DNA of 63,655 nt, the filler included. It is 4 parts of 4 records of this genome, joined end to end, with 100 filler letters (N's around TTAATTAATTAA, not from the genome) between each part and the next. Parts side by side here need not be neighbours in the genome. Positions count along the whole stretch, not along the records: positions 15,245 to 43,319 come from DRR723986_4823; 3 more parts are not named here. One strand, written 5' to 3'. Shown in pieces: positions 28,479-37,750 of this stretch (within the stretch, counting starts at the first letter, position 1; every line of letters begins with the position of its first letter). The notes below the pieces were generated by a model that was not told where the DNA came from, did not search any database, and worked only from the letters and a program-made list of their open reading frames with translations. A program made the translations under genes and the position numbers.

Positions 28479-29405
28479 ATGGGCGATAATTCCACAACTC
28501 TTTCGCTGTACTTTGATGAAGACCGCACTTACTGCCTGCTGGTGCGTGACGAGGCGCGTGGTTTTGCGCTGGATCAGATACAGTCAAGCGATTTGCCGCT
28601 CAGTATCGCCGAAGGTGATGGCGCGATCGGTTATGCTGAAGGCAGTGAGCAGGTTCGGCGTATTATCTCTGAACTCAAATCCACGCCGGACCGCATAACC
28701 GTCAGCCTGCCGATGGAAAGTGTTTTCGTACATCAGTTTCCGGCGCCGCTGACCCTGGCTGAAGACGAAGTCCGCAAACTGGTCCAGTTTGAAATTTCTC
28801 AGCATTTTCCAGATCAAAAACTTGAGCATTTTAACTCCAGGGCCTACCCACTGGCGCCCAAGCTGGACGAAACACGCATGATGCTTGCCGTCATCATGGA
28901 CCGCAAAATTTCTGACGCCGTTAACGCCTTACTCGGGGAAGTCGGCGTGGTTGATCGCATTGAAGTTGGCCAGATGGCGGCACATGACGCTTTTGTTTAC
29001 AACTATCCCGAGAGCGCCAATCAATCCGTTGTGATCATTGGAGTTCAGCGCCGTTATCTGGATATCAGCGTCATCAAGGACGGCCAGGCGGCTTACCTAC
29101 ACACGGTACACTATAATAGCGCAGATGAGCTGGCCGATAACTGCGAAGCCGAGATAAAAAATATTTTGGACGACTATGTGGCCTACCTGGACGGCGCCTT
29201 CGTATTTGGTCCTTTTCTGACGGCTGATATTCTGACTGGGCTACAGGCGCGTTTATCAGTGCCGGTACAGCGATTTAACGCCCTGCGCATGCTGTCTTCC
29301 ACACTGGAACCGCGCGACCGCGAGTATTGCAGCCGAATTGCACATATCCTTCCGCCGGCCGTCGGCAGCGGGATGCCGCATATGGAAACGGAGATCGCCG
29401 TCTGA
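28479..29405 (+). CDS. Hypothetical protein, PilM/DUF3822-like (probable actin-like fold)
   Basis: VSLP...FEISQHFP...AHDAFVYNY...LDISVIKDG pattern resembles PilM-like proteins; TGATG overlap with rsmD. Confidence 0.55.
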   Translation: MGDNSTTLSLYFDEDRTYCLLVRDEARGFALDQIQSSDLPLSIAEGDGAIGYAEGSEQVRRIISELKSTPDRITVSLPMESVFVHQFPAPLTLAEDEVRKLVQFEISQHFPDQKLEHFNSRAYPLAPKLDETRMMLAVIMDRKISDAVNALLGEVGVVDRIEVGQMAAHDAFVYNYPESANQSVVIIGVQRRYLDISVIKDGQAAYLHTVHYNSADELADNCEAEIKNILDDYVAYLDGAFVFGPFLTADILTGLQARLSVPVQRFNALRMLSSTLEPRDREYCSRIAHILPPAVGSGMPHMETEIAV

Positions 29406-29986
29406 TGCGCATCATTGGTGGTGAGCTAAAACGGCGTAAAATCAATACTTCAGGCCTGGATGGGGCCCGGCCGAGTAGTGACCGCACGCGCGAATCCCTG
29501 TTTAACATTCTGCAAAATCTGGATTGCATTGCCGGGAGCCGTGTGCTTGACTTGTTCGCCGGCAGCGGTTCACTGGGCCTGGAAGCCCTTAGCCGTGGTG
29601 CCGTCCGCGCCGTTTTTGTTGAGCGCCGCCGCGGAAATGCTGCCGTCATTCGCAAAAACCTTGCCGAGTTAAACCTGGAAAACCAGGCCGAAGTGTTTGC
29701 CGCCGATGTGCGCGTGGCCTTGCGCCGCCTGCCCGCAAAGTCAGCAGACTTGATTTTCTGTGATCCGCCCTACGCCCTCGGCGCCAGTGCCGCCGTGATG
29801 CAGGCGCTCGCCAAAAAGGGAATCCCAGCTCTCGACGCAATATTTGTCTCAGAACACGGCCAGAACGAAGCACCGCAGGCAGACAGCGCCTGGAAGCTGA
29901 TCGATACGCGCCAATTTGGCGAAACCCTTATCGACATCTTCCGCTTCGCAGCGCCCGCAGCCCAAGGACCAGCAGATGCAGACTGA
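29405..29986 (+). CDS. rsmD: 16S rRNA m2G966 methyltransferase RsmD
   Basis: MRIIGG, RPSSDRTRESLFNIL, LDLFAGSGSLGLEALSRGA, DPPY. Confidence 0.95.
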   Translation: MRIIGGELKRRKINTSGLDGARPSSDRTRESLFNILQNLDCIAGSRVLDLFAGSGSLGLEALSRGAVRAVFVERRRGNAAVIRKNLAELNLENQAEVFAADVRVALRRLPAKSADLIFCDPPYALGASAAVMQALAKKGIPALDAIFVSEHGQNEAPQADSAWKLIDTRQFGETLIDIFRFAAPAAQGPADAD

Positions 29987-30479
29987 ACAGTCAAGCCCCA
30001 AACTGGCGATCTATCCCGGTACCTTTGATCCAATCACCAACGGTCACGTTGATATCATCCAACGTGCCGCCGACCTCTTTGACAGCGTGATTGTTGCCAT
30101 TGCCGTTAACAGCCGCAAAACACCGCTCTTTACAGAAGCCGAGCGGATTGAGATGATCCGCGATGCCGTTGCCGGCATTCCCAGCGTTGAAGTTAAAACC
30201 TGCCATGGCCTGCTGGTGGAGTTTGCGGCCGAGCAAAAAGCCGTAGCCCTGGTGCGTGGCCTGCGCGCCGTCACAGATTTTGAGTACGAATTCCAGATTG
30301 CGCTCATGAATCGCAAGTTGGAGCCGCAGATCTCAACCGTTTTCCTGATGCCGCACGAGAAATACACCTACCTGAGTTCAAGCATTATTCGGGAGGTGGC
30401 GCGCTACAATCGCGATTTGGATGATCTGGTGCCGGCAATGGTCGCCAGGCGACTCAAAGCCAAGTTTGCCGGTGACTGA
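29976..30479 (+). CDS. coaD: Pantetheine-phosphate adenylyltransferase
   Basis: YPGTFDPITNGH, RGLRAVTDFEYE, LSSSIIRE. Confidence 0.96.
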   Translation: MQTEQSSPKLAIYPGTFDPITNGHVDIIQRAADLFDSVIVAIAVNSRKTPLFTEAERIEMIRDAVAGIPSVEVKTCHGLLVEFAAEQKAVALVRGLRAVTDFEYEFQIALMNRKLEPQISTVFLMPHEKYTYLSSSIIREVARYNRDLDDLVPAMVARRLKAKFAGD

Positions 30480-30649
30480 GATTTTTTGCGTACACATAAT
30501 TGCAGGGATATGCGCTTCAAGGTAGTCAGTAAGCGGTCTGGCAAGGATTGACCGCCGCCGGGACTCAAGAGCCCCGAAATAAAAAAGCAGATTTCTGGCA
30601 GATATATTTTCTAGTTTCCTGCAGAATGCGTAAATTGCCAATCTGTGTA

Positions 30650-30724
30650 CGGGGTGTAGCGTAGTCCGGTTAGCGCGCCTGCTTTGGGAGCAGGAAGCCG
30701 CAGGTTCGAATCCTGCCACCCCGA
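30650..30724 (+). tRNA. tRNA-Pro(TGG), CCA not encoded
   Basis: Acceptor stem CGGGGTG/CACCCCG, anticodon arm CCTGC-TTTGGGA-GCAGG, T-loop GGTTCGAATCC. Confidence 0.95.
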
Positions 30725-30729
30725 CAGAT

Positions 30730-30765
30730 AACCCGCGATTGGTCTCCAATCTGCGGGTTTTTTTT
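30730..30765 (+). terminator. Rho-independent terminator after tRNA-Pro
   Basis: ACCCGCGATTGG-TCT-CCAATCTGCGGGT followed by a T-run. Confidence 0.8.
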
Positions 30766-30794
30766 GTCTGACAAAAACGGAATGGAAGGCAGGC

Positions 30795-31205
30795 ATGCTC
30801 AATAATCCCGAATCCCAAAAGCTCATGGTCCAACGTTGGTTTAACGACATGTGGAATCAGTGGGATACTTCCTTTATCGACGAACTGCTGCACGAATCGG
30901 TCACCATGCGCGGTTCGCTTGGCACAAGCATGCGCGGCAAAGCCGAAGTGGTTAAATACATGCAGTTTGCGCGTGACGCCTTTCCGGATTTGCATCACCA
31001 CATCATTTCGGTAGTCAGCGATGGCATTCAATGTGTTGTACGTGTGCGTTACACCGGCACACATAAAGGCAAAATATTTAATATCCCGCCTACCGGGCGA
31101 TCCGTTGAATACGAAAGTGCAGCCGTTTTTACGTTTTTAAAAGACCGCATCAAAGACGTCTGGATTATGGGTGACGTTGACGGTCTAAAAATGCAGCTGC
31201 AGTAA
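30795..31205 (+). CDS. SnoaL-like ester cyclase family protein
   Basis: AFPDLH, RYTGTHKG, IPPTGRSV motifs. Confidence 0.88.
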   Translation: MLNNPESQKLMVQRWFNDMWNQWDTSFIDELLHESVTMRGSLGTSMRGKAEVVKYMQFARDAFPDLHHHIISVVSDGIQCVVRVRYTGTHKGKIFNIPPTGRSVEYESAAVFTFLKDRIKDVWIMGDVDGLKMQLQ

Positions 31206-31208
31206 GAG

Positions 31209-32249
31209 TTAGAAGTTTTCCCGTTCTGCAATTCGACTGTTAAGTAGCGCGCTGAACTCCGCGGCTTTGTCTACGTGCAGTAAAATGCCATCGGCCTGTT
31301 TGCGAAATCCGTACATACCAAACAGTGTATGTGTGTTGTTTAAGTTAAGTATGACGTTGTGGCGTTCCAGCTCTCCCATTGGGCTAAGTTTTACGTAGTT
31401 TTTGCCAGGCTCAGTTTTCGGCTGTTTGCTGTTGAGTTCGACTGCAGTGATTGCCTTGATATCGATGCGCGCTTCCTGCAGTATACCGTAACACAAGCGA
31501 ACTTCGTGCTTGTTAACAAGGATTGGGCGCCGCGACACTGATTTAATAATTCCTATAAGCTGAAGTGCGGTGTAAAAACTGAGGCCGCTCAGAACCCAGG
31601 CTGCAAGCGGGCTCCAGATTGCCACCAAAAAATGAATGGCGACAGTTTCTACGGCGATCGCAATCAACAAAAGCCCCAAAAGTGCCTGGCTGCCACTGCG
31701 TACATGGTAACTGAACTCGTTTGTGTTTAAGGTCGGCTTTTTCCAGCTGATAAATGTATAATAGATGACGGCAATTTCGCTGGCAAACGGGCGAATTAAC
31801 TTTTCGGGGAGTACACCTTTACAAGCCATGTGCACGGCGTCCAGAAAGTCGAATCTGGTCTGGCTGTCCTGTTTAGTGCGGAACTTCTGAATGGTTCGGC
31901 GTACTTTGATGCCGATGTAAGCAACTACGCCAATTTCAATCAGCGGCAGGGCGAAGTTCTTAAACATGTTTAAGAGTCCTTGCTGCTCTACTGGAATTAG
32001 GATAAATCCCAGCCCCATTCCGAACAGTATCCACGGTACCACCGTTGTGAGCGGGATTGCCGTTGTGCGAATCAACAAAAAGTACACCAGGGGAACTGTT
32101 AACAGCAGGTCGAGGGTAAGTGCGTTTGCCAGGCTGGAGTCGGTGGCGTCCAGCGCTGCCAGGCTTGTGATGCAGGTAATTGTTAATAACAGCAGCAGGG
32201 GAATGCCAAATATCAACAATGGGCTTTTTAAACTGAGGGCGCTCTGCAT
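31209..32249 (-). CDS. Hypothetical integral membrane protein
   Basis: 346-aa ORF with about six TM segments and a soluble C-terminus; no family confidently recognised. Confidence 0.75.
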   Translation of the reverse strand: MQSALSLKSPLLIFGIPLLLLLTITCITSLAALDATDSSLANALTLDLLLTVPLVYFLLIRTTAIPLTTVVPWILFGMGLGFILIPVEQQGLLNMFKNFALPLIEIGVVAYIGIKVRRTIQKFRTKQDSQTRFDFLDAVHMACKGVLPEKLIRPFASEIAVIYYTFISWKKPTLNTNEFSYHVRSGSQALLGLLLIAIAVETVAIHFLVAIWSPLAAWVLSGLSFYTALQLIGIIKSVSRRPILVNKHEVRLCYGILQEARIDIKAITAVELNSKQPKTEPGKNYVKLSPMGELERHNVILNLNNTHTLFGMYGFRKQADGILLHVDKAAEFSALLNSRIAERENF

Positions 32250-32637
32250 CTTAATGCCTCCATCTGTTCAGTAAACACTCTGCAAATATACGCAATATTT
32301 GTGGTTTGACTTTAGTGAATATGTCCATGCGAAAACTGCAAATCGTTAACTTCGGGCTTGAAGCTCTTAAACGGCGCTTTGAGCCCCTGCATTCCATTTG
32401 GGTCTCAGGCTTTGGTGATGTTTTTGTTGGTTGTTGAGAGTAGATGTAAAAACCTGCGTGTAGCCGTGGCAGATTGTCTTTCAGTGTTTTAGCTGGGTTT
32501 AATAGAATGCTGGTGACTTGGGTTGATGGTGCCAGTTGCGGCTGCAAAAACATGAATCTGGACCAGAAGCTACTCAATCTGCCGGCGTAGATTGCCTTTG
32601 AATTAGTTCTTGAATTTGTAATTCGGAAGGTGTTGAA

Positions 32638-32871
32638 ATGGCTGGAAGTATCTTTTATCACGCCGGGTGCCCGGTATGCGTCAGTGCGGAACAAGACATT
32701 CTAAACTTAATTGACAAGGACCAGGTAGAAGTTGTACATTTGGGTGAAGCAAGCGGTCGTATCGCAGAAGCGGAAGCTGCAGGCGTGAAGTCCGTGCCGG
32801 CGCTCTTAACACCCAATGGCAATGTTCTGCATATAAATTATGGCGCTTCGATTGAAGACGTCAAAGGGTGA
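32638..32871 (+). CDS. Small thioredoxin-fold protein (CPVC)
   Basis: FYHAGCPVC redox motif and cis-Pro motif GVKSVPAL; AAGGTG RBS-like site upstream. Confidence 0.82.
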   Translation: MAGSIFYHAGCPVCVSAEQDILNLIDKDQVEVVHLGEASGRIAEAEAAGVKSVPALLTPNGNVLHINYGASIEDVKG

Positions 32872-32880
32872 TTCGCAGGG

Positions 32881-34362
32881 TCAGCTATCGCTTGCAGAAC
32901 ACATTGATTGGGCCAGCGCCTTGGCGAACAACTCCAGCTGCTCTGCAGTCCGTGACGCGTAGCCGAGGCGCAAGCCTTGTGCGTTGCCGTCCAGACTAAA
33001 ATCCAGTGGTGAGACGCAGTCAAAACCGGCCATGTGCAAATGCTGTAAACTCTTTTGCAGTTTGGCGCCGTCCACCTTGGTGCTGCCGTCCACACACAGG
33101 GCCGGAATGTTGCTGAGTTTTAACCAATAGGCCAGGCCGCCATCTGGTATGTTTATGTCTGTATGGCCCGCAAAGTGTTGTTGCAGGGCCGTTCCAAAAA
33201 TATTGCGTTTGTTTAAGTATTGCCGGCGTGCATCGCGCAGATGCCGGGTAATCGAGCCGGAGCGCATCAGCTCCAGCACGGCTTGCTCCATGATCACATC
33301 ACCCTGCGCATCAATGATCTTACGCAGATTGGCGACTTTGTTGATTAAAGCTGGGCGGGCGACGAGAAAACCAAGACGTAGCGCCGGCGCTAAAATCTTG
33401 CTGAATGATCCGGTGTAAACAACATGCCGTGCATCGCTGTTACTGGCCAGCGGTTCACTGCCCGGTCCGTTAAAGTGGAACTCGTGATCGTAGTCGTCTT
33501 CAATGATTTGAAAGTTATAGTGGTTTGAAAGCTGTATCAGTTTTGTACGGCGCGCCTTGCCAAGTGTAACTGTTGTTGGAAATTGATGTTGCGGCGTCAC
33601 GTAAAGCACACGTATGGAGTGACCTGAGCGGAGGTGCTCTTCGAGGATGTTAACATTCAGCCCATGTGCATCAACGGGAATCGGCAAGAGTTTTGCGCCT
33701 GCGTGTTCACATGCCTGCCAGACTGGTTTGTAGCCGGGATGTTCAACTGCAACGACGTCACCGGGTTTGATTAAACATGCTGCTGCCAGGAATATCGCCA
33801 TTTGGCTGCCGCGTGTAATGCAAATGTTGTCCGCTTCAAGCGCCATGCCGCGTCTAAAGTTTAACATCTGTGCGATTGACTCACGCAATTCGAGTGTGCC
33901 CAGCGGACTGCCGTAACCCAGCATCTGCCAGCGCGCGGTGCGGTCAAAGATGCGGCGGTAGGCGCCGGCCAGTTCGCGGACGGGAGCCAGCTTGCTGTCC
34001 GGAAAACCATCGTCAATGAGCAAACTGTTTGTAGACGCGGTGTCAGGCGCTGCACGAATACCTGATGGTTTTGTGTTAACATCCACCTGTGGGCCACCGG
34101 GCACAGAACGGTGCGCTACAAAGGTGCCCCGGCGTTTGCGCGTCTCTACCCAGCCTTCGGCCGCAAGGACTTCGAATGTTTCAACAATAGTATTGCGACT
34201 TACGCCCAGTTGCGCCGCCAGCTGACGACTGCCCGGCAGCGCTGCATCACAATGCAGGCGTCCTTCGCTGATTGCCGCAATTATGTGGTCTGCGATTTGA
34301 CGGTATATCGGTCGTTCGCAGTCGTAGTTAATCGTAAATGTCAAATCCCAGGGGCGCAACAT
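32881..34362 (-). CDS. MocR/GabR family regulator (GntR wHTH + PLP-dependent aminotransferase domain)
   Basis: LPGSRQLAAQLGVSRNTI, YVTPQHQFPT, IIEDDYD, SFSK with PLP lysine. Confidence 0.93.
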   Translation of the reverse strand: MLRPWDLTFTINYDCERPIYRQIADHIIAAISEGRLHCDAALPGSRQLAAQLGVSRNTIVETFEVLAAEGWVETRKRRGTFVAHRSVPGGPQVDVNTKPSGIRAAPDTASTNSLLIDDGFPDSKLAPVRELAGAYRRIFDRTARWQMLGYGSPLGTLELRESIAQMLNFRRGMALEADNICITRGSQMAIFLAAACLIKPGDVVAVEHPGYKPVWQACEHAGAKLLPIPVDAHGLNVNILEEHLRSGHSIRVLYVTPQHQFPTTVTLGKARRTKLIQLSNHYNFQIIEDDYDHEFHFNGPGSEPLASNSDARHVVYTGSFSKILAPALRLGFLVARPALINKVANLRKIIDAQGDVIMEQAVLELMRSGSITRHLRDARRQYLNKRNIFGTALQQHFAGHTDINIPDGGLAYWLKLSNIPALCVDGSTKVDGAKLQKSLQHLHMAGFDCVSPLDFSLDGNAQGLRLGYASRTAEQLELFAKALAQSMCSASDS

Positions 34363-34974
34363 TGCGAACTCGTTGAATTGATGACTCGCGTAGAAGAATA
34401 ATTGAAATGTACGGAATTAAACGGTTAAGCTCTACCTGTTTGTTTTAGTGCTGAGTAGTTTTACGCTGGACTCAAAAGCATGCGCTTGCTGCATCCGGGA
34501 CTAACAAAAAGAAAAAAAAGTAAGCCACCGAACGGAGTGGTGGGGGCGCAGCGCTCTGGCTTTCGCTAACTGTTATGCGTTAATTGCTGTGGGCCAATTG
34601 CAGAGAGTTAAAGTTTGTGTTGTTGTAGGCCATTAAACAAACTGGGGAATATTTAACTGACGACTACATTCGCAAAAAAAAAGACTGTTAACATTTACAA
34701 GGTAATTATTTGATAGACGTCGATAGCTGGGCACTTGAAAATACTGCCCGCAAATACTGTGAAGTGTTTGACGAAGTAGAAACATCCCACGGCAGCGTTG
34801 TATATTGTGGAATTGCCATGCACGGCAGGGGCTGCAAGTGGTGAAGAGGAATCGGGCGTACGGACTTTTTCCCGAATTGGAAACCGTACAATCCGCTGAA
34901 TGTCCGCTGAGTGCACCCAGATAAAATTGAATATTAGTTATATGTAGAATAGCCCCTTTGAAGGAGTTGCCAGT

Positions 34975-37230
34975 ATGATTCATGATCTCGGCATGATCAA
35001 AACCGCGTATGCGCAGTTGGCGGACAGAATTAGCAAAACGCGTGCATTGGTGCAGCGACCGCTGACATTGACGGAAAAAATTCTCTTTGCGCACATTGAT
35101 GGTGGCGTTGAGTCCCTCCAGGCCGTACCGGAGCGCAAGTCCAGTTACGTTGATTTTAGGCCGGACCGCGTTGCGATGCAGGATGCTACGGCCCAGATGG
35201 CATTGCTGCAGTTTATGCTGGCACGCACACCAAAAGTTGCCGTGCCCTCGACTGTGCATTGTGACCACCTGATTCTTGCTGAGCATGGAGCTGCGGCCGA
35301 CCTGAAAAACTCGCTGGATGAGAACGCCGAGGTTTTTGGTTTTCTGCAGTCAGTTTCGGAGAAGTACGACGTTGGATTCTGGAAGCCGGGAGCCGGGATT
35401 ATTCATCAGGTTGTGCTTGAAAATTATGCATTCCCCGGTGGGATGATGATTGGTACGGACTCGCACACGCCAAATGCCGGTGGTTTGGGAATGGTGGCGA
35501 TTGGTGTTGGTGGTGCCGACGCTGTGGACGTGATGGTCGGCATGCCCTGGGAGCTGGCGTTTCCAAAACTGATCGGTGTCAAACTGACGGGTAAACTCTC
35601 AGGCTGGACGTCGCCCAAAGATGTGATCCTGAAGCTGGCGGGCATCCTGACGGTAAAAGGTGGTACCGGCGCGATTGTGGAATATTTTGGCGAAGGCTGT
35701 GAGTCGATTTCCTGCACCGGGAAAGGCACAATTTGCAATATGGGAGCTGAGATTGGCGCTACGACGTCGGTTTTCCCTTATGACGCAAGTATGGCGCGCT
35801 ACCTGCAGGCGACGCGGCGCGCCGAAGTTGCCACGCTGGCCGACGGTGTAGCTGAGCATCTACGTGCGGACGATGATGTGATTGACAATCCCGAGAAGTA
35901 CTACGATGAGGTCATTCACATTGACCTCTCGACGCTGGAGCCGCATATTAACGGACCTTTCAGTCCAGACCGCGCCTGGCCGCTTTCTGAGTTTGCTGCG
36001 GCGATGAAGGACAATGACTGGCCGAATGACCTGCGTGTGGCGCTGATTGGGTCCTGCACAAACTCCAGCTATGAAGATATGACACGTGTGGCGAATATAG
36101 CGCGCATGGCGTCCGATAAGGGACTGAAGGCCAAATCCGAGTTTACAATCACACCCGGAAGTGAGCAGGTACGCGCGACGATAGAGCGCGACGGACTGCT
36201 TGAGCCGATGGAGGCGATCGGCGGCATGGTGCTGGCAAACGCTTGCGGACCATGTATTGGCCAGTGGCGCCGCCACGATGTTGAGAAGGGTGATAAGAAT
36301 TCGATTATCACGTCCTTCAACCGCAACTTTGCGCGCCGCAATGACGGCAATCCCGACACGCACGCATTTGTAGCTTCGCCGGAAACGGTGACTGCCTTTG
36401 CGCTGGCGGGGCGTTTGGATGTGGACTTCCGCAGCGAGGCGATTGAAGGGGTTATGCTTGAGGCTCCCACGGGTGACGAGCTGCCGGCCGCGGGTTTTGT
36501 GCCTGATCCGGACGGATACATAGCTCCAGCAGCCGACGGCAGTGGGGTGAATGTGGCTGTAGACCCGGCGTCTGAGCGCCTGCAGGTGCTGACGCCATTT
36601 AATCCGCCGCAGGCGGCGGAATACGATGGGTTGTTTGTGCTGCTTAAAGCAGCGGGCAAGTGCACGACAGATCACATTTCGCCTGCCGGACCGTGGCTGC
36701 GTTTCCGCGGGCATCTGGATAATATCTCCAACAACATGTTTATTGGGGCGATCAATTACTTTAACGGCATGGCCAACAGCGTCAAGAACCACCTGAGCGG
36801 AGCTTACGACGAAGTGCCGAAGGTAGCGCGCGCACTCAAGGCGGCCGGACATCACTGGGTTGTATTCGGCGACGAAAACTACGGTGAAGGTTCATCGCGC
36901 GAACATGCGGCGATGGAGCCGCGTTTCCTGGGCGGTAAAGTCGTGGTGGTCAAGAGTTTTGCGCGTATCCACGAAACTAATCTGAAGAAGCAGGGTGTGC
37001 TGGCGTTGACCTTTGCGAATCCGGGCGACTACGACCTGGTTCAGGAAGACGATCGCGTCTCGCTAGACATCAACAGCGTCAAGGTTGGTGCGCCGGTCAT
37101 GCTGAGCATCAAACATGCGGATGGTTCGAGCGATACGATTGAGACACATCACACGCTGAATCAGCAGCAGCTGGAATGGTTCCAGGCTGGATCGGCGCTG
37201 AATCTAATTTCTGCGCGTGGCGGCGCCTGA
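34975..37230 (+). CDS. Aconitate hydratase (short, mitochondrial-type family)
   Basis: [59 protein letters not shown]. Confidence 0.95.
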   Translation: MIHDLGMIKTAYAQLADRISKTRALVQRPLTLTEKILFAHIDGGVESLQAVPERKSSYVDFRPDRVAMQDATAQMALLQFMLARTPKVAVPSTVHCDHLILAEHGAAADLKNSLDENAEVFGFLQSVSEKYDVGFWKPGAGIIHQVVLENYAFPGGMMIGTDSHTPNAGGLGMVAIGVGGADAVDVMVGMPWELAFPKLIGVKLTGKLSGWTSPKDVILKLAGILTVKGGTGAIVEYFGEGCESISCTGKGTICNMGAEIGATTSVFPYDASMARYLQATRRAEVATLADGVAEHLRADDDVIDNPEKYYDEVIHIDLSTLEPHINGPFSPDRAWPLSEFAAAMKDNDWPNDLRVALIGSCTNSSYEDMTRVANIARMASDKGLKAKSEFTITPGSEQVRATIERDGLLEPMEAIGGMVLANACGPCIGQWRRHDVEKGDKNSIITSFNRNFARRNDGNPDTHAFVASPETVTAFALAGRLDVDFRSEAIEGVMLEAPTGDELPAAGFVPDPDGYIAPAADGSGVNVAVDPASERLQVLTPFNPPQAAEYDGLFVLLKAAGKCTTDHISPAGPWLRFRGHLDNISNNMFIGAINYFNGMANSVKNHLSGAYDEVPKVARALKAAGHHWVVFGDENYGEGSSREHAAMEPRFLGGKVVVVKSFARIHETNLKKQGVLALTFANPGDYDLVQEDDRVSLDINSVKVGAPVMLSIKHADGSSDTIETHHTLNQQQLEWFQAGSALNLISARGGA

Positions 37231-37300
37231 GTTTCAGGCTGAAAGCGGAGTGCGGCGGCTTCACAACTGAAAGTCTGCCGTTGTTCAGGATCGATAAAAC

Positions 37301-37351
37301 AAAGCGGTCATTTCCCAGTGCTTACTGCCTGGTGGAAATGGCCGCTTTTTT
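37301..37351 (+). terminator. Rho-independent terminator after aconitase
   Basis: AAAGCGGTCATTTCC...GGAAATGGCCGCTTTTTT. Confidence 0.75.
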
Positions 37352-37750
37352 GTTAGGGAGGCTATCGCAGCCCTTGGAACTTGTTGGAGGCGCAAAAAGT
37401 TGTGCATCAATGTGACCAATTTGTTCCAAACGTATTATACAATGGTCTTGTCAGTCAGCGGGGGCCTTACTGAAGGACGACACTCCCCAAATACAACTAC
37501 GCTCATGACTGAATGTGACAAAACTAACGCTGGGCGGTTCTAAGCGCCTTGATATCAAGTTTGCTGGAATTTATCAGTTGATCTGGTGCACCGCATTATC
37601 CTATGCATCGCGGAATATGCGCCAGCCTGACAACCTGGGATCCGGCGGTTTACCCCAGGTTCTTTTGTGTGCATTGCAATACTCTAGAAAGCAAACGGGC
37701 GCCGGCCCATGCACCATTATTCTACCTACTCGTCAAAAACGGGAAAACGT

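Noticed and set aside
32251..32694. 147-aa minus-strand ORF
   Set aside because: Overlaps the redoxin start and its promoter region; no motifs
30650..34974. Active integrative element at tRNA-Pro
   Set aside because: No integrase and no duplicated tRNA 3' end seen
34363..34974. Long intergenic region before aconitase as a riboswitch or IRE-like element
   Set aside because: No recognisable aptamer consensus; only weak hairpins
37352..37750. Possible riboswitch upstream of the T9SS cargo gene
   Set aside because: One hairpin (AACCTGGG...CCCAGGTT) but no conserved c-di-GMP, cobalamin or TPP motifs
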